This document shows, in pieces, positions 1-10,044 of a DNA stretch of 64,000 bases. Source of the DNA: Roseateles depolymerans (GTDB lineage: Bacteria; Pseudomonadota; Gammaproteobacteria; Burkholderiales; Burkholderiaceae_C); assembly GCA_003241055.1 (NCBI GenBank), contig QFOD01000011.1, forward strand, positions 75,771-139,770, read 5' to 3'. Made by a program: the position numbers and the translations under genes. The first letter of the stretch is position 1. Every line of letters begins with the position of its first letter. The notes beneath the pieces were generated by a model. That model was given only the letters and a program-made list of their open reading frames with translations, was not told where the DNA came from and made no database searches.

Positions 1-4
1 CGCC

Positions 5-907
5 ATGAGCTATCCCACTCTCGAAGACGTCATCGGCTCGACCCCGCTCGTGCGCCTGCAGCGCCTGCCTGGGTCCGATGCCGAGGCGCGCGGCAACGTG
101 ATCCTCGCCAAGCTGGAGGGCAACAACCCGGCGGGCTCGGTGAAGGACAGGCCGGCCATCAGCATGATCCGGCGCGCCGAGGAGCGCGGCGAGATCAAGC
201 CGGGCGACACGCTGATCGAGGCCACCTCGGGCAATACCGGTATCGCGCTGGCCATGGCCGCAGCGATCCGCGGCTACCGCATGGTGCTGATCATGCCGGA
301 GGACCTCTCCATTGAACGAGCGCAGACGATGAAGGCCTTTGGCGCCGAGCTCATCCTGACCCCGCGCAGCGGCGGCATGGAATACGCCCGCGATCTGGCC
401 GAGCAGATGGCGTCCGAGGGCAAGGGCCGCGTTCTGGACCAGTTCGCCAACCCCGACAACCCGCGCATCCATTACGAGACCACCGGCCCCGAGCTCTGGC
501 GCGACACCGGCGGGCGCATCACGCACTTTGTCAGCGCCATGGGCACGACCGGCACTATCACCGGCGTGTCGCGCTATCTGAAGGAGCAGAACCCGGGCGT
601 GCGCATCATCGGCGCCCAGCCGGCCGAGGGCTCGCGCATCCCGGGCATCCGCAAGTGGCCCGAGGCCTATCTGCCCAAGATCTACGAGCCCAGCGGCGTG
701 GACCAGTTGGTGCTGGTCAGCCAGGGCGACGCTGAGGACATGGCCCGCCGTCTGGCGCGCGAGGAGGGACTGTTCGCCGGCATCTCGGCGGCCGGCGCCT
801 GCTGTGTGGCGCTGCAGATTGCCCGCGAGGTGGAGAACGCGACGATTGCCTTCATCGTCTGCGATCGTGGCGACCGTTACCTGTCCACCGGGGTCTTTCC
901 GGCATGA
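5..907 (+). CDS. cysM: Cysteine synthase B (O-acetylserine sulfhydrylase)
   Basis: KLEGNNPAGSVKDR PLP-lysine motif, ATSGNTG, GTTGT; C-terminal DRGDRYLSTGVF typical of CysM. Confidence 0.95.
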   Translation: MSYPTLEDVIGSTPLVRLQRLPGSDAEARGNVILAKLEGNNPAGSVKDRPAISMIRRAEERGEIKPGDTLIEATSGNTGIALAMAAAIRGYRMVLIMPEDLSIERAQTMKAFGAELILTPRSGGMEYARDLAEQMASEGKGRVLDQFANPDNPRIHYETTGPELWRDTGGRITHFVSAMGTTGTITGVSRYLKEQNPGVRIIGAQPAEGSRIPGIRKWPEAYLPKIYEPSGVDQLVLVSQGDAEDMARRLAREEGLFAGISAAGACCVALQIAREVENATIAFIVCDRGDRYLSTGVFPA

Positions 908-1470
908 GCCAGCCGCTGCCGGCCGCATCGGCCTATCCATCGGCTTATCGCTTCTGTCCGCAATGCGCGACCGAGCTGGCCTGGCTGTCGGCGGTGGAGG
1001 ATGGCGGCGACAAGACGCGGCTGCGCTGCCCGGCCTGCGGCTTCACGCACTGGAACAATCCGACCCCGGTGCTGGCGGCGGTCATCGAGTGCACGGATCG
1101 CGACGGGCAGGTGCTGCTGGCGCGCAATGCGGCCTGGACGCAGCGCTTTTTTGGCCTGATCACCGGCTTCATGGAGGCCGGCGAGGCGCCCGAGGATGGC
1201 ATGCGCCGCGAGATCGCGGAGGAAACGGCGCTGCAGGTGGAGTCGCTGAGCCTGCTGGGCGTGTGGGATTTCCAGCGCATGAACCAGGTGATCATTGCCT
1301 ACCACGCGCAGGCGCGCGGAGAGATCAAGCTTTCACCGGAACTGGCCGAATACAGGTTGTTCGCGCCCGGGCAACTGCGCTGCTGGCCGCAGGGCACCGG
1401 CCAGGCGCTGGCCACCTGGCTGAGGCAGCGCGGCATTGAGCCGCAATGGATGGAATTGAACCGGGATTGA
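904..1470 (+). CDS. NUDIX hydrolase with N-terminal zinc ribbon (NudC-like)
   Basis: CPQC...CPAC zinc ribbon; Nudix box GFMEAGEAPEDGMRREIAEET; ATGA overlap with cysM stop. Confidence 0.85.
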   Translation: MSQPLPAASAYPSAYRFCPQCATELAWLSAVEDGGDKTRLRCPACGFTHWNNPTPVLAAVIECTDRDGQVLLARNAAWTQRFFGLITGFMEAGEAPEDGMRREIAEETALQVESLSLLGVWDFQRMNQVIIAYHAQARGEIKLSPELAEYRLFAPGQLRCWPQGTGQALATWLRQRGIEPQWMELNRD

Positions 1471-1474
1471 ACCC

Positions 1475-1714
1475 ATGGACGCAAAGATGGACGTACAGCG
1501 CGAACTCGACACGCGGGGGCTGAATTGTCCCCTGCCCATCCTCAAGGCGAAGAAGGCACTGGCCGAAATGGCCAGCGGCGATCTGCTGCGCGTGGTGGCG
1601 ACCGACCCCGGTTCGCTGCGCGACTTCCAGGCGTTCTCGCGCCAGACCGGCAATGAGCTGGTGGACCAGCAGACAGCGGGCGCCGAGTTCATCCACGTGC
1701 TGCGGCGGCGCTGA
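1475..1714 (+). CDS. Sulfurtransferase TusA/SirA family
   Basis: LDTRGLNCPLP motif and ATDPGS; start may be 1487. Confidence 0.9.
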   Translation: MDAKMDVQRELDTRGLNCPLPILKAKKALAEMASGDLLRVVATDPGSLRDFQAFSRQTGNELVDQQTAGAEFIHVLRRR

Positions 1715-1738
1715 GGCGCCGCCGCAGCCGTCACGGCA

Positions 1739-2617
1739 TCAGAGGGTCAGGCCTTGCAGGAACTCGCGGAAGCCCGGGCCCAGTTCGCGGTGCGCCAGCG
1801 CCAGTTCCACATTGGCCTGCAAAAAGCCTTCCTTGCTGCCGCAGTCGTAGCGCTTGCCTTCATAGCGATAGGCAAACACCTTTTCACGGCGCAGCAGGCC
1901 GGCGATGCCGTCGGTCAGCTGGATCTCGCCGCCCACGCCGCGCGGCTGGTTGGCAATCTCGTGGAAGACGCCGGGCGTCAGGATGTAGCGGCCGGCCACG
2001 CCCAGGCGCGAGGGCGCGTCCTCGGGGGCGGGCTTCTCGACGATGCGCGTCACGTCCATCAGGTTCTCGTTGACCTGGGTGCCCGCGACGATGCCGTAGC
2101 GCCGGGTGTGCTCGGGCGGCACCTCCTGCACGGCGAGAATGGACGCGCGCCACTCGGAGAACTGGTCGACCATCTGCCGCAGGATGGGCTTCTGGCCCAC
2201 CATCAGGTCGTCGGCCAGCAGCACCGCGAAGGGCTCGTTGCCCACCAGGCGCTGCCCGCACAGCACCGCGTGGCCCAGGCCCAGGGCCTGGGGCTGGCGC
2301 ACATAGATGCACTCCATGTCGTCCGGCTTGACACTGCGCACCACGTCCAGAAGCTCCTGCTTGCCGGAGTTCTGCAGTGCGACCTCCAGCTCGAAGGTCA
2401 TGTCGAAATGGTCCTCGATCGGGCGCTTGTGTCGGCCGGTCACGAAGATCATCTCGCGCACGCCAGCCGCGTAGGCTTCCTCGACGGCGTACTGGATCAG
2501 CGGCTTGTCGACGACGGGCAGCATCTCCTTGGGCTGGGCCTTGGTGGCCGGCAGGAAACGTGTGCCGAGACCGGCGACCGGAAAGATGGCTTTGGTAACG
2601 CTGGGTTTGGTGGCCAT
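1739..2617 (-). CDS. galU: UTP--glucose-1-phosphate uridylyltransferase
   Basis: [37 protein letters not shown]. Confidence 0.96.
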   Translation of the reverse strand: MATKPSVTKAIFPVAGLGTRFLPATKAQPKEMLPVVDKPLIQYAVEEAYAAGVREMIFVTGRHKRPIEDHFDMTFELEVALQNSGKQELLDVVRSVKPDDMECIYVRQPQALGLGHAVLCGQRLVGNEPFAVLLADDLMVGQKPILRQMVDQFSEWRASILAVQEVPPEHTRRYGIVAGTQVNENLMDVTRIVEKPAPEDAPSRLGVAGRYILTPGVFHEIANQPRGVGGEIQLTDGIAGLLRREKVFAYRYEGKRYDCGSKEGFLQANVELALAHRELGPGFREFLQGLTL

Positions 2618-2708
2618 TGGGGGCGCAATGTTGAGAAAAGTCGAATTGATTGTGTCATGGGGTCCGTGACATTTGCCCCAGCCAATGCCTTAGTGGCCGT
2701 GTAAGAAG

Positions 2709-3656
2709 ATGTCCGTATTGATACTGGAACCGCTCGAGACCGAGGTCGTTCAATGGCTGGCCGAACGCCATGATGCGCGCTTCGCGCCCGAGCTCGTGGG
2801 TGACACCGAGGGCCTGCTGGACGCACTGCAGGACGCCCGTGCGCTGATCGCGCCGCCCGAGGTGCGCATCGACGCCGAACTCCTGCGTGGTGCCCCGCAG
2901 CTGCGCGCCATCGGCCGGGCCAGCGGCGGATCGGAGAACATCGACGTCGAGGCCTGCCGCAAGGCGGGCGTGGACGTGGTGCGCTCGCAGACGGCCACCG
3001 CCAATGCCGAGGCCGAGTTCGTCATCGGCGCCTTGCTGAGCCTGCTGCGGCGCGTGCCGGTGGAGGGCAGCGATGGCCTGATGGTGGGGCGCGAATTGGG
3101 CTGCTCCACGGTGGGCATCCTGGGCCTCACCGCGTCGGCGCGCGTGCTGGCGCAGCTGCTGCCGGCGTTCGGCACCCGCGTCATCGGCTATGACCCGGCG
3201 CTGCACCCCAGCGACGCGATCTGGGAGCGCTGGGGCATCGAGGCGGTGGGGCTGTCAGAGTTGGTGGAGCAGAGCGATGGCGTCGTGCTGCTGCTGCCGT
3301 TCTACGAGCGCTACCGCGGCCTGCTGTCCGAGCGTCAGCTCGACGGCGCACGCAGCGGCCAGGTGCTGGTCAGCCTCAGCCACTCGGGCGTGTTCGACGA
3401 GAGCGCGCTGGCCCGCGCGCTGCAGACGGGGCGCCTGCTGGCGGCCTGGTTCGACAGCCTGGAGCCCGGCTGGCTGGAGCCGGGGCGGCCATTGCATGGC
3501 ATCACCACGCTGCAGGTGACCCCCAGGCTGGCCGGCACGACCCGCGAGTCGCGCGTGCGTGCCGCCTGGGCCGTGGCGCGCCGTATCGACGAGCTGCTGG
3601 GGGTGCCCGTGGCCGTCAAGCCGCGAGCGGAGCCGCGCGCCGTCGGGCGCTACTGA
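2709..3656 (+). CDS. D-2-hydroxyacid/phosphoglycerate dehydrogenase-like protein with divergent catalytic motifs
   Basis: LRAIGRASGGSENIDVEAC, GRELGCSTVGILG and FGTRVIGYDP resemble the SerA-like fold. Confidence 0.8.
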   Translation: MSVLILEPLETEVVQWLAERHDARFAPELVGDTEGLLDALQDARALIAPPEVRIDAELLRGAPQLRAIGRASGGSENIDVEACRKAGVDVVRSQTATANAEAEFVIGALLSLLRRVPVEGSDGLMVGRELGCSTVGILGLTASARVLAQLLPAFGTRVIGYDPALHPSDAIWERWGIEAVGLSELVEQSDGVVLLLPFYERYRGLLSERQLDGARSGQVLVSLSHSGVFDESALARALQTGRLLAAWFDSLEPGWLEPGRPLHGITTLQVTPRLAGTTRESRVRAAWAVARRIDELLGVPVAVKPRAEPRAVGRY

Positions 3657-3714
3657 GGCATCGAGCCGACGAGCCGTTCAGCCCTCCGACGATGGCCGGC
3701 GTGCCTTTCGGTGT

Positions 3715-3741
3715 GACGGGCGTCCAGCGGGCGCCCGTCAT
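3715..3741. terminator. GC-rich hairpin between convergent genes, probable terminator
   Basis: tgacgggcgtcc-agc-gggcgcccgtca inverted repeat; no long U tract. Confidence 0.45.
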
Positions 3742-3749
3742 TCGTGGCC

Positions 3750-6575
3750 TCAGGCCGGCAGTCGGGCCAGTTGTTCGCGCAGGCGGGTCACGGTGGCCTG
3801 GAAGTCCACCACCCGGGCGCGCTCCTGCTCCACGACGGCAGCCGGTGCGCGGGCCACGAAGCTCTCGTTGGAGAGCTTGGCCTCAGCCTTGGTGATCTCG
3901 CCTTCCAGGCGCGTGACCTCCTTGCCCAGGCGGGCGCGCTCGGCCTCGACATCGATCTCCACCTTCAGCGCAAGGCGTGCCGCGCCGTGCACCAGCACCG
4001 GCGAGGTGGCGCTCTGCTTGGCGAACTCGGCCTCGTCCTCGATCAGCTCCACGCCGCTGAGCTTGGCCAGCACCTTGAGCACTGGCGCGGCCTCGCGCAG
4101 GAAGGACAGGTCGCCGCCCACCAGTAGCGGCACGCGCTCGGCCGGGCTGAGGTTCATCTCGCTGCGCAGGCTGCGGCAGGTGCCCACGACGGCCTTGAGC
4201 TGGGCCATCCAGGCGTCGGACGACGCGTCGATGCGCTCGGGCTGGGCCAGCGGATAGGCGGCCTGGCCGATGAACTCCGTGCCTTTGCGGGCCGCCACCG
4301 GAGCGACCGTCTGCCACAGCTCTTCGGTGATGAAGGGTGCGATGGGGTGCAGCAGGCGCAGCGTGGTCTCCAGCACGCGGATCAGCGTGCGGCGGGTGGC
4401 GCGCGCCTGAGCCTCGTTGCCGGTCTGGATCTGCACCTTGGCGATCTCCAGGTACCAGTCGCAGTACTCGTCCCACACGAAGCTGTAGAGGCTGTTGGCG
4501 ACGTTGTCGAGCCGGTATTCGGCAAAGCCCTGGGCCACGGCCGCCTCGACGCGCTGCAGCTCGCTGGTGATCCAGCGGTCCGCCGGGCTGAACAGGTTAT
4601 AGCCGGGCGGGCACTCGCCTTCGGCATGGGCCAGGCCGCAGTCCTGGCCCTCAGTGTTCATCAGCACGAAGCGGGTCGCGTTCCAGAGCTTGTTGCAGAA
4701 GTTGCGGTAGCCCTCGCAGCGCTTGGTGTCGAAGTTGATGTTGCGGCCCAGCGTGGCGTAGGACGCCATCGTGAAGCGCAGCGCATCCGCGCCGTATGCT
4801 GGCATGCCCTCCGGGAACTCCTTCTTCACGCGGGCGGCCACCTTGGGGGCCGTCTCGGGCTTGCGCAGGCCGGTGGTGGATTTCTGGATCAGCGTGTCCA
4901 GGTCCACGCCCTGGATCAGGTCCACAGGGTCCAGCACATTGCCCTCGGACTTGCTCATCTTCTGGCCTGAAGAGTCGCGCACCAGACCGTGGATGTAGAC
5001 GTCCTTGAACGGCACCTTGCCGGTGAAGTGGGTCGTCAGCATGATCATCCGGGCGACCCAGAAGAAGATGATGTCGTAGCCCGTCACCAGCACCGAGGAC
5101 GGCAGGAACAGCTGCTGTTCCAGCGCGCTCGTGCCGGTGGTCTCGGGCCAGCCCAGCGTCGAGAACGGCACCAGGGCCGACGAGTACCAGGTGTCCAGCA
5201 CGTCGGGGTCGCGGCTCAGCTCGCCCGTGTATCCGGCGGCCGTGGCACGGGCGCGGGCGTCTTCCTCGCTGCGCGCGACGAAGAGCTCGCCGTTCGTGCC
5301 GTACCAGGCCGGGATCTGGTGGCCCCACCACAGCTGGCGCGAGATGCACCAGTCCTGCAGGTTGTGCATCCAGTGGTTGTAGGTGTTGACCCACTGCTCG
5401 GGATGGAACTTCACCGCGCCGGTGTCCACCGCGGCGATGGCCTTGTCGGCGATGCTCTTGCCGTCGGCGCCTGGCTTGGTCACGGCCACGAACCACTGGT
5501 CGGTCAGCATGGGCTCGACCACCTGGCCGGTGCGCTCGCAGCGCGGCACCTGCAGCTTGTGCTTCTTGACCTCGGCCAGCAGTCCCAGCGCGTCCAGGTC
5601 GGCCACGATCTTCTTGCGAGCCACGAAGCGGTCCAGGCCGCGATAGGCCTCGGGCGCGTTGTCGTTGATCTTGGCCTGCAGGTCCAGCACCGAGATCATC
5701 GGCAGGCCATGGCGCTGCCCGACCGCGTAGTCGTTCGTGTCGTGCGCTGGCGTGACCTTGACGACGCCGGTGCCGAATTCGCGGTCCACGTAGTCGTCGG
5801 CGATCACCGGAATCTCGCGATCGGTCAGCGGCAGCTTCACTTTTTTGCCGATCAGCGCGCTGTAGCGCTCGTCCTCGGGGTGGACCATCACGGCCACGTC
5901 GCCCAGCAGGGTCTCGGGGCGGGTGGTGGCCACCACCAGTTCGCCAGAGCCATCGGCCAGCGGATAGCGGATGTGCCACAGCGAGCCGTCTTCCTCCTCG
6001 CTGGTGACCTCCAGGTCCGACACCGCGGACTGCAGCACCGGGTCCCAGCTCACCAGGCGCTTGCCGCGGTAGATCAGGCCTTCTTCAAAGAGGCGCACAA
6101 AGGTTTCGACCACGACCCTGGACAGCTTCTCGTCCATGGTGAAGTACTCGTGCTCCCACGAGACCGAATCGCCCAGCCGGCGCATCTGGCCGGTGATGGT
6201 GTTGCCGCTCTGCTGCTTCCACTCCCACACACGCGCGACGAAGTTCTTGCGGCCCAGGTCGTGGCGGCTCTGGCCCGCGGCCTGCAGCTGGCGCTCCACG
6301 ACGATCTGCGTGGCGATGCCAGCGTGGTCGGTGCCTGGCACCCACAGCGTGTTGTGGCCCAGCATGCGGTGGTAGCGCGTCAGCGAGTCCATCACCGTCT
6401 GGTTGAACGCATGACCCATGTGCAGCGTGCCGGTCACGTTGGGCGGCGGCAGCTGGATGGAGAACGAGGGCTTGGCCGGGTCCAGCGAGGGCTTGTAGAT
6501 GCCACTGGCCTCCCATTTTGGGCCCCATTGGGCTTCCAGTGCGGCAGGTTCGAAGGACTTGGCGAGTTCGGTCAT
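3750..6575 (-). CDS. valS: Valine--tRNA ligase
   Basis: [13 protein letters not shown] (HIGH), [18 protein letters not shown]-terminal coiled coil; start MTELAKSF. Confidence 0.97.
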   Translation of the reverse strand: MTELAKSFEPAALEAQWGPKWEASGIYKPSLDPAKPSFSIQLPPPNVTGTLHMGHAFNQTVMDSLTRYHRMLGHNTLWVPGTDHAGIATQIVVERQLQAAGQSRHDLGRKNFVARVWEWKQQSGNTITGQMRRLGDSVSWEHEYFTMDEKLSRVVVETFVRLFEEGLIYRGKRLVSWDPVLQSAVSDLEVTSEEEDGSLWHIRYPLADGSGELVVATTRPETLLGDVAVMVHPEDERYSALIGKKVKLPLTDREIPVIADDYVDREFGTGVVKVTPAHDTNDYAVGQRHGLPMISVLDLQAKINDNAPEAYRGLDRFVARKKIVADLDALGLLAEVKKHKLQVPRCERTGQVVEPMLTDQWFVAVTKPGADGKSIADKAIAAVDTGAVKFHPEQWVNTYNHWMHNLQDWCISRQLWWGHQIPAWYGTNGELFVARSEEDARARATAAGYTGELSRDPDVLDTWYSSALVPFSTLGWPETTGTSALEQQLFLPSSVLVTGYDIIFFWVARMIMLTTHFTGKVPFKDVYIHGLVRDSSGQKMSKSEGNVLDPVDLIQGVDLDTLIQKSTTGLRKPETAPKVAARVKKEFPEGMPAYGADALRFTMASYATLGRNINFDTKRCEGYRNFCNKLWNATRFVLMNTEGQDCGLAHAEGECPPGYNLFSPADRWITSELQRVEAAVAQGFAEYRLDNVANSLYSFVWDEYCDWYLEIAKVQIQTGNEAQARATRRTLIRVLETTLRLLHPIAPFITEELWQTVAPVAARKGTEFIGQAAYPLAQPERIDASSDAWMAQLKAVVGTCRSLRSEMNLSPAERVPLLVGGDLSFLREAAPVLKVLAKLSGVELIEDEAEFAKQSATSPVLVHGAARLALKVEIDVEAERARLGKEVTRLEGEITKAEAKLSNESFVARAPAAVVEQERARVVDFQATVTRLREQLARLPA

Positions 6576-6674
6576 GTTGGTTTCAAAAAACACAGCGGGG
6601 CGACCCCTGGCGGGGGCCGCCCCGATGACGGGATGCGGGATGGGCTGATTGTCCTATATGGACATCCCGGCGCC

Positions 6675-7457
6675 TCAGCGCCTGGCTCGTCGCCGCAACA
6701 GCGCACCGGCACCCAGCAGGCCGCCGAGCATCAGGGCGGCGCTGCCGGGCTCCGGCACGGGGGCTGCGCTTGCGTAGGCATAGGCCTCGCCGTACAGATA
6801 GCCCGATATCGCCGTGCCGGAGAGATTCACGAAGCTCACCTGCAAAAAGCTGGGTGCGTTCGAATAGCCCGCGCCATCGGCATTGATGTAGGCCTGGGCG
6901 TATGCGGAGCCCTGTGTGCTGCCGTCCAAGGACTGCACCGAGAGGTAGGCGCTGGCCGAGGCGTATTCGCCCAGCGCGGCCGAGACGGTGGCCGCGGGCG
7001 AATCCGCCATCAGCACCAGCAGGGTGTGCGGCGCGAGTGTGAATTGGCCGGCGTAGGTCTCGGCGTAGGCGGTCGATCGCACGCCCGCGGTGACGGCGCT
7101 GGCTTGGGCGCTGCCTCCCCAGCCAGCGCCCTGAAACAGATCGCCGGCCGTGGACGAGGCGCTGGCGCTGAATCCCACCCCACTGACGGCCACGGCCGGG
7201 ATGGCGACGCCCAGGCCGGGCGCATATTGCCAGTCGCCGGCTTGGTAGCTGCCGTTCAGAGACCAATAGGCGTTGTTGTAGGTGCTGGTGTCGCCATTGA
7301 ACGAGATGGCGGCGGTGATGCCGTCGTTCGGGTCCAGGTCGATCAGCTGGAGATGGACGTTGCTCAGCGACGCGCTGGCCGTTGCGGCCTGGGCGCTGAT
7401 TGCCGTGCAGACACCCAGCGCCAAGCCGGTCATCGTGCGCAAGAGAGGTGATTTCAC
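6675..7457 (-). CDS. PEP-CTERM sorting-domain surface protein
   Basis: Signal peptide after a GTG start with GAGGAG RBS; Ala/Ser/Gly/Tyr-rich body; C-terminal [27 protein letters not shown]. Confidence 0.9.
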   Translation of the reverse strand: MKSPLLRTMTGLALGVCTAISAQAATASASLSNVHLQLIDLDPNDGITAAISFNGDTSTYNNAYWSLNGSYQAGDWQYAPGLGVAIPAVAVSGVGFSASASSTAGDLFQGAGWGGSAQASAVTAGVRSTAYAETYAGQFTLAPHTLLVLMADSPAATVSAALGEYASASAYLSVQSLDGSTQGSAYAQAYINADGAGYSNAPSFLQVSFVNLSGTAISGYLYGEAYAYASAAPVPEPGSAALMLGGLLGAGALLRRRARR

Positions 7458-7647
7458 AGACTGCTCCTCGATTCGCGAATGAATGTCCGAGACGGCGGAC
7501 ATGACCGTTCGAACAGCATGCTAGGAGGTGTTCAAGGTCGGTTTGGTGACAGGCCCAGGCCCCATCCGCAGGGCAGATGAGCCGCAGCGGCCCTGGTTCA
7601 CGGGGGGCGGGGGCGTGATGTTCGGGAGGCTGCCCCACCCGGGCGGT

Positions 7648-7673
7648 CGATACAAAACGAAACCCGGCGATAC
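7648..7673 (+). promoter_or_regulatory. Triple direct repeat, probable OmpR-family response-regulator site
   Basis: CGATAC-aaaa-CGAAAC-ccgg-CGATAC with 10-bp period, upstream of the operon that encodes an OmpR-type regulator. Confidence 0.55.
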
Positions 7674-7755
7674 CGCGGCGAGATGCCGGGCGGCGCCTGG
7701 ATCGGGACCATGGCGGGACGTTGATTTCCAACCCTCAATCCACCTCGGAGCCCTC

Positions 7756-7965
7756 ATGGCCAACGAACCTCACTGGACCCAACACCCGAATTTCCGACAT
7801 TGGTCGCTGGCGCCTGAGACCGCGCTGCCCTCCATCGGGGCAGGCGAGCGCAGCACGGCGCTGTCGCGGCAGGCGCTCATTCCCGCCCTGGATTCTTCCT
7901 GGGCCTGGCCTGCACCGCAGCGCAGGGCGGTTGATGACGCTCATGTCAGGAGCCTGCATGACTGA
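7756..7965 (+). CDS. Small hypothetical protein (69 aa)
   Basis: GGAG 5 nt before ATG; stop overlaps the ferredoxin start; no recognisable motif. Confidence 0.45.
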   Translation: MANEPHWTQHPNFRHWSLAPETALPSIGAGERSTALSRQALIPALDSSWAWPAPQRRAVDDAHVRSLHD

Positions 7966-8269
7966 GTCGGGCAAGCCCGCGCTGGCTCCGCGCATCAATC
8001 GCAACCGCTGCGAGGGCAAGGGCGATTGCGTCTTGGTCTGTCCGCAGGCCGTCTTCAGCGTCTCGGTGCTGCCGCCCGAGGAGCGCCGCGGGCTGAGCAT
8101 CGGGGGCCTGCTCAAGGGCTACGCCCACGGATGGCGCCAGGCGCAGACGCCGCGGCTGGACGCCTGCAATGGCTGCGGCCTGTGCGTGAGCGCCTGCCCC
8201 GAGCGGGCCATCACACTGGTGCGGCGTGGGCACAATGGACGGGGCGATGGCACGACTGCTTCTGCTTGA
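7958..8269 (+). CDS. Ferredoxin, 4Fe-4S dicluster family
   Basis: CEGKGDCVLVCP and CNGCGLCVSACP motifs. Confidence 0.85.
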   Translation: MTESGKPALAPRINRNRCEGKGDCVLVCPQAVFSVSVLPPEERRGLSIGGLLKGYAHGWRQAQTPRLDACNGCGLCVSACPERAITLVRRGHNGRGDGTTASA

Positions 8270-8951
8270 CGATGACGAGGCGCTGGCCGGGCCGCTGGCG
8301 CAATACCTGGCACGTTTCGACTTTCAGCTCGAGGCCGTGACGCGCCCCAGCGAGGCGCTGAAGCGGCTGGCGGCTGAACGTTTCGACGCGCTGATCCTCG
8401 ACGGCATGCTGCCGGAGATGGACGGCTTCGAGTTCTGCCGGCGCCTGCGTGCCGGCACCGATCCCTGGCATGCGATGCCCGTGCTGATGCTGACCGCGCG
8501 CGGCGATCTGACGGACCGGGTCGTCGGCCTGGAACTGGGCGCGGACGACTATCTCCCCAAGCCTTTCGAGCCGCGCGAGCTGGCGGCCCGGCTGCAGACG
8601 GTGCTGCGCCGGCTGCGCCTGGCACCGCCGGCCTCGGCGTCGTCCGGCCGGCTGTGCTTCGAGGGCCTGGAGATCGACACCGTGCGTCGCATCGTGATTG
8701 CAGGCGCCCAGCCCGTGGAGCTGACCAGCACGGAGTACGAGCTGCTGCTGATGCTGGCGCGCGAGCCGGGTCGCGTGCTGTCGCGTGACGAGATCCTGAA
8801 CCGCCTGCGCGGCCAGGAGGCCGAGCTCTACACACGTGCGGTGGACATTCTGATCAGCCGCTTGCGGCGCAAGCTCGAGCCGCTGGAGGCGGTGAAAACG
8901 CTGCGCAATGCGGGCTACTGCTTTGCGCTGCCTGTCTGGGAGGGCGCATGA
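8247..8951 (+). CDS. OmpR/CpxR-family response regulator
   Basis: LLLDDD, ILDGMLP, MLTARG, GADDYLPKPF, winged helix RAVDILISRLRRKLE. Confidence 0.93.
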   Translation: MARLLLLDDDEALAGPLAQYLARFDFQLEAVTRPSEALKRLAAERFDALILDGMLPEMDGFEFCRRLRAGTDPWHAMPVLMLTARGDLTDRVVGLELGADDYLPKPFEPRELAARLQTVLRRLRLAPPASASSGRLCFEGLEIDTVRRIVIAGAQPVELTSTEYELLLMLAREPGRVLSRDEILNRLRGQEAELYTRAVDILISRLRRKLEPLEAVKTLRNAGYCFALPVWEGA

Positions 8952-10042
8952 GGCGGTATCCGGCCGGGGCGCACCCCTACGACCATCACGCCCGCGAGCG
9001 TTTCAAGCGTCGCATGACGCGCCGCCTGCGGCGGCAGCTGCGTGCCGACTGGAAGACGCGCTGGCGGGTGCGGCAGCGCTGGCATCGTCGCTGGCATCAT
9101 CATCACGGCCGCTTCAAGCACTCGCTGGGCGCGCGGCTGATCGCCGTGTTCCTGCTGCTGGCGCTGCTGAGCAGTGCCATCCTGTGGGGAACGATGAGCC
9201 ATGCGCTGAGCCTGTTCCTCGCCGTGCCGGCCCTGCTGCTGGTGACGGGCGCGGCGTTCGGCGCGATCCGCCACATGGTGCGGCCGCTGCACCTGCTGGC
9301 GCTGGGGGCCGAGGCATTTGGCCGCGGTGAGCTGGATCACCGCGTGCCCGAGGTGCACCGCGACGAGATCGGCGACCTGACCCGCCGCTTCAACCAGATG
9401 GCCTTCGACATCCAGGCCATGCTGGATGGCAAGCGGGCCTTGCTGCTGGCCATCAGCCATGAGCTGCGCAGCCCGCTGACGCGCGCCCGCCTGCACGCCG
9501 AGCTGGTGGACGAGGGCGCCTCGCGCAGCGCCCTGCTCGACGAGCTTGCGCAGATGCGCGACCTCATCAGTGCGCTGCTGGAGAGCGAGCGGCTGGGCAG
9601 CGGCCACCGGGCGCTTCAGCGGAGCGATTGCAGCCTGGGCGAGCTGCTGCAGGAGCATGCCCGGCCCGGCGTGACGGTGTCGGTCGAGCCTGGGCTGCCA
9701 CCGCTGAACCTGGACCGCCTGCGGGTGCAGCTGCTGCTGCGCAACCTGGTGCACAACGCGCTGCGCCACAACGATGCGACACGGGGCGAGGTGCAGCTGA
9801 GCCTGAGCCGCGACGGCGCCGGGCAGCGCATCACCGTGCGCGACTTCGGGCCCGGCGTGCCCGCCGAGGCGCTGGCCCAGCTGGGCCAGCCCTTCTACCG
9901 GCCGGACGCGGCGCGCACCCGGCACGACGGTGGCGTGGGCCTGGGCCTGTGCCTGTGCCGGCTGGTGGCCGAGGCCCACGGCAGCCGGCTGGTGTTGCGC
10001 AATGCCGAGCCGGGGTTCGAGGCGTCGGTGCGGTTCTGCTGA
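8948..10042 (+). CDS. HAMP sensor histidine kinase
   Basis: Two TM helices, HAMP, ISHELRSPL H-box, NLVHNA, DFGPG, GVGLGL. Confidence 0.93.
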   Translation: MRRYPAGAHPYDHHARERFKRRMTRRLRRQLRADWKTRWRVRQRWHRRWHHHHGRFKHSLGARLIAVFLLLALLSSAILWGTMSHALSLFLAVPALLLVTGAAFGAIRHMVRPLHLLALGAEAFGRGELDHRVPEVHRDEIGDLTRRFNQMAFDIQAMLDGKRALLLAISHELRSPLTRARLHAELVDEGASRSALLDELAQMRDLISALLESERLGSGHRALQRSDCSLGELLQEHARPGVTVSVEPGLPPLNLDRLRVQLLLRNLVHNALRHNDATRGEVQLSLSRDGAGQRITVRDFGPGVPAEALAQLGQPFYRPDAARTRHDGGVGLGLCLCRLVAEAHGSRLVLRNAEPGFEASVRFC

Positions 10043-10044
10043 GT

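Noticed and set aside
4989..7451. 820-aa plus-strand ORF
   Set aside because: Antisense shadow of valS and the PEP-CTERM gene; expected from GC-rich codon bias; no motifs
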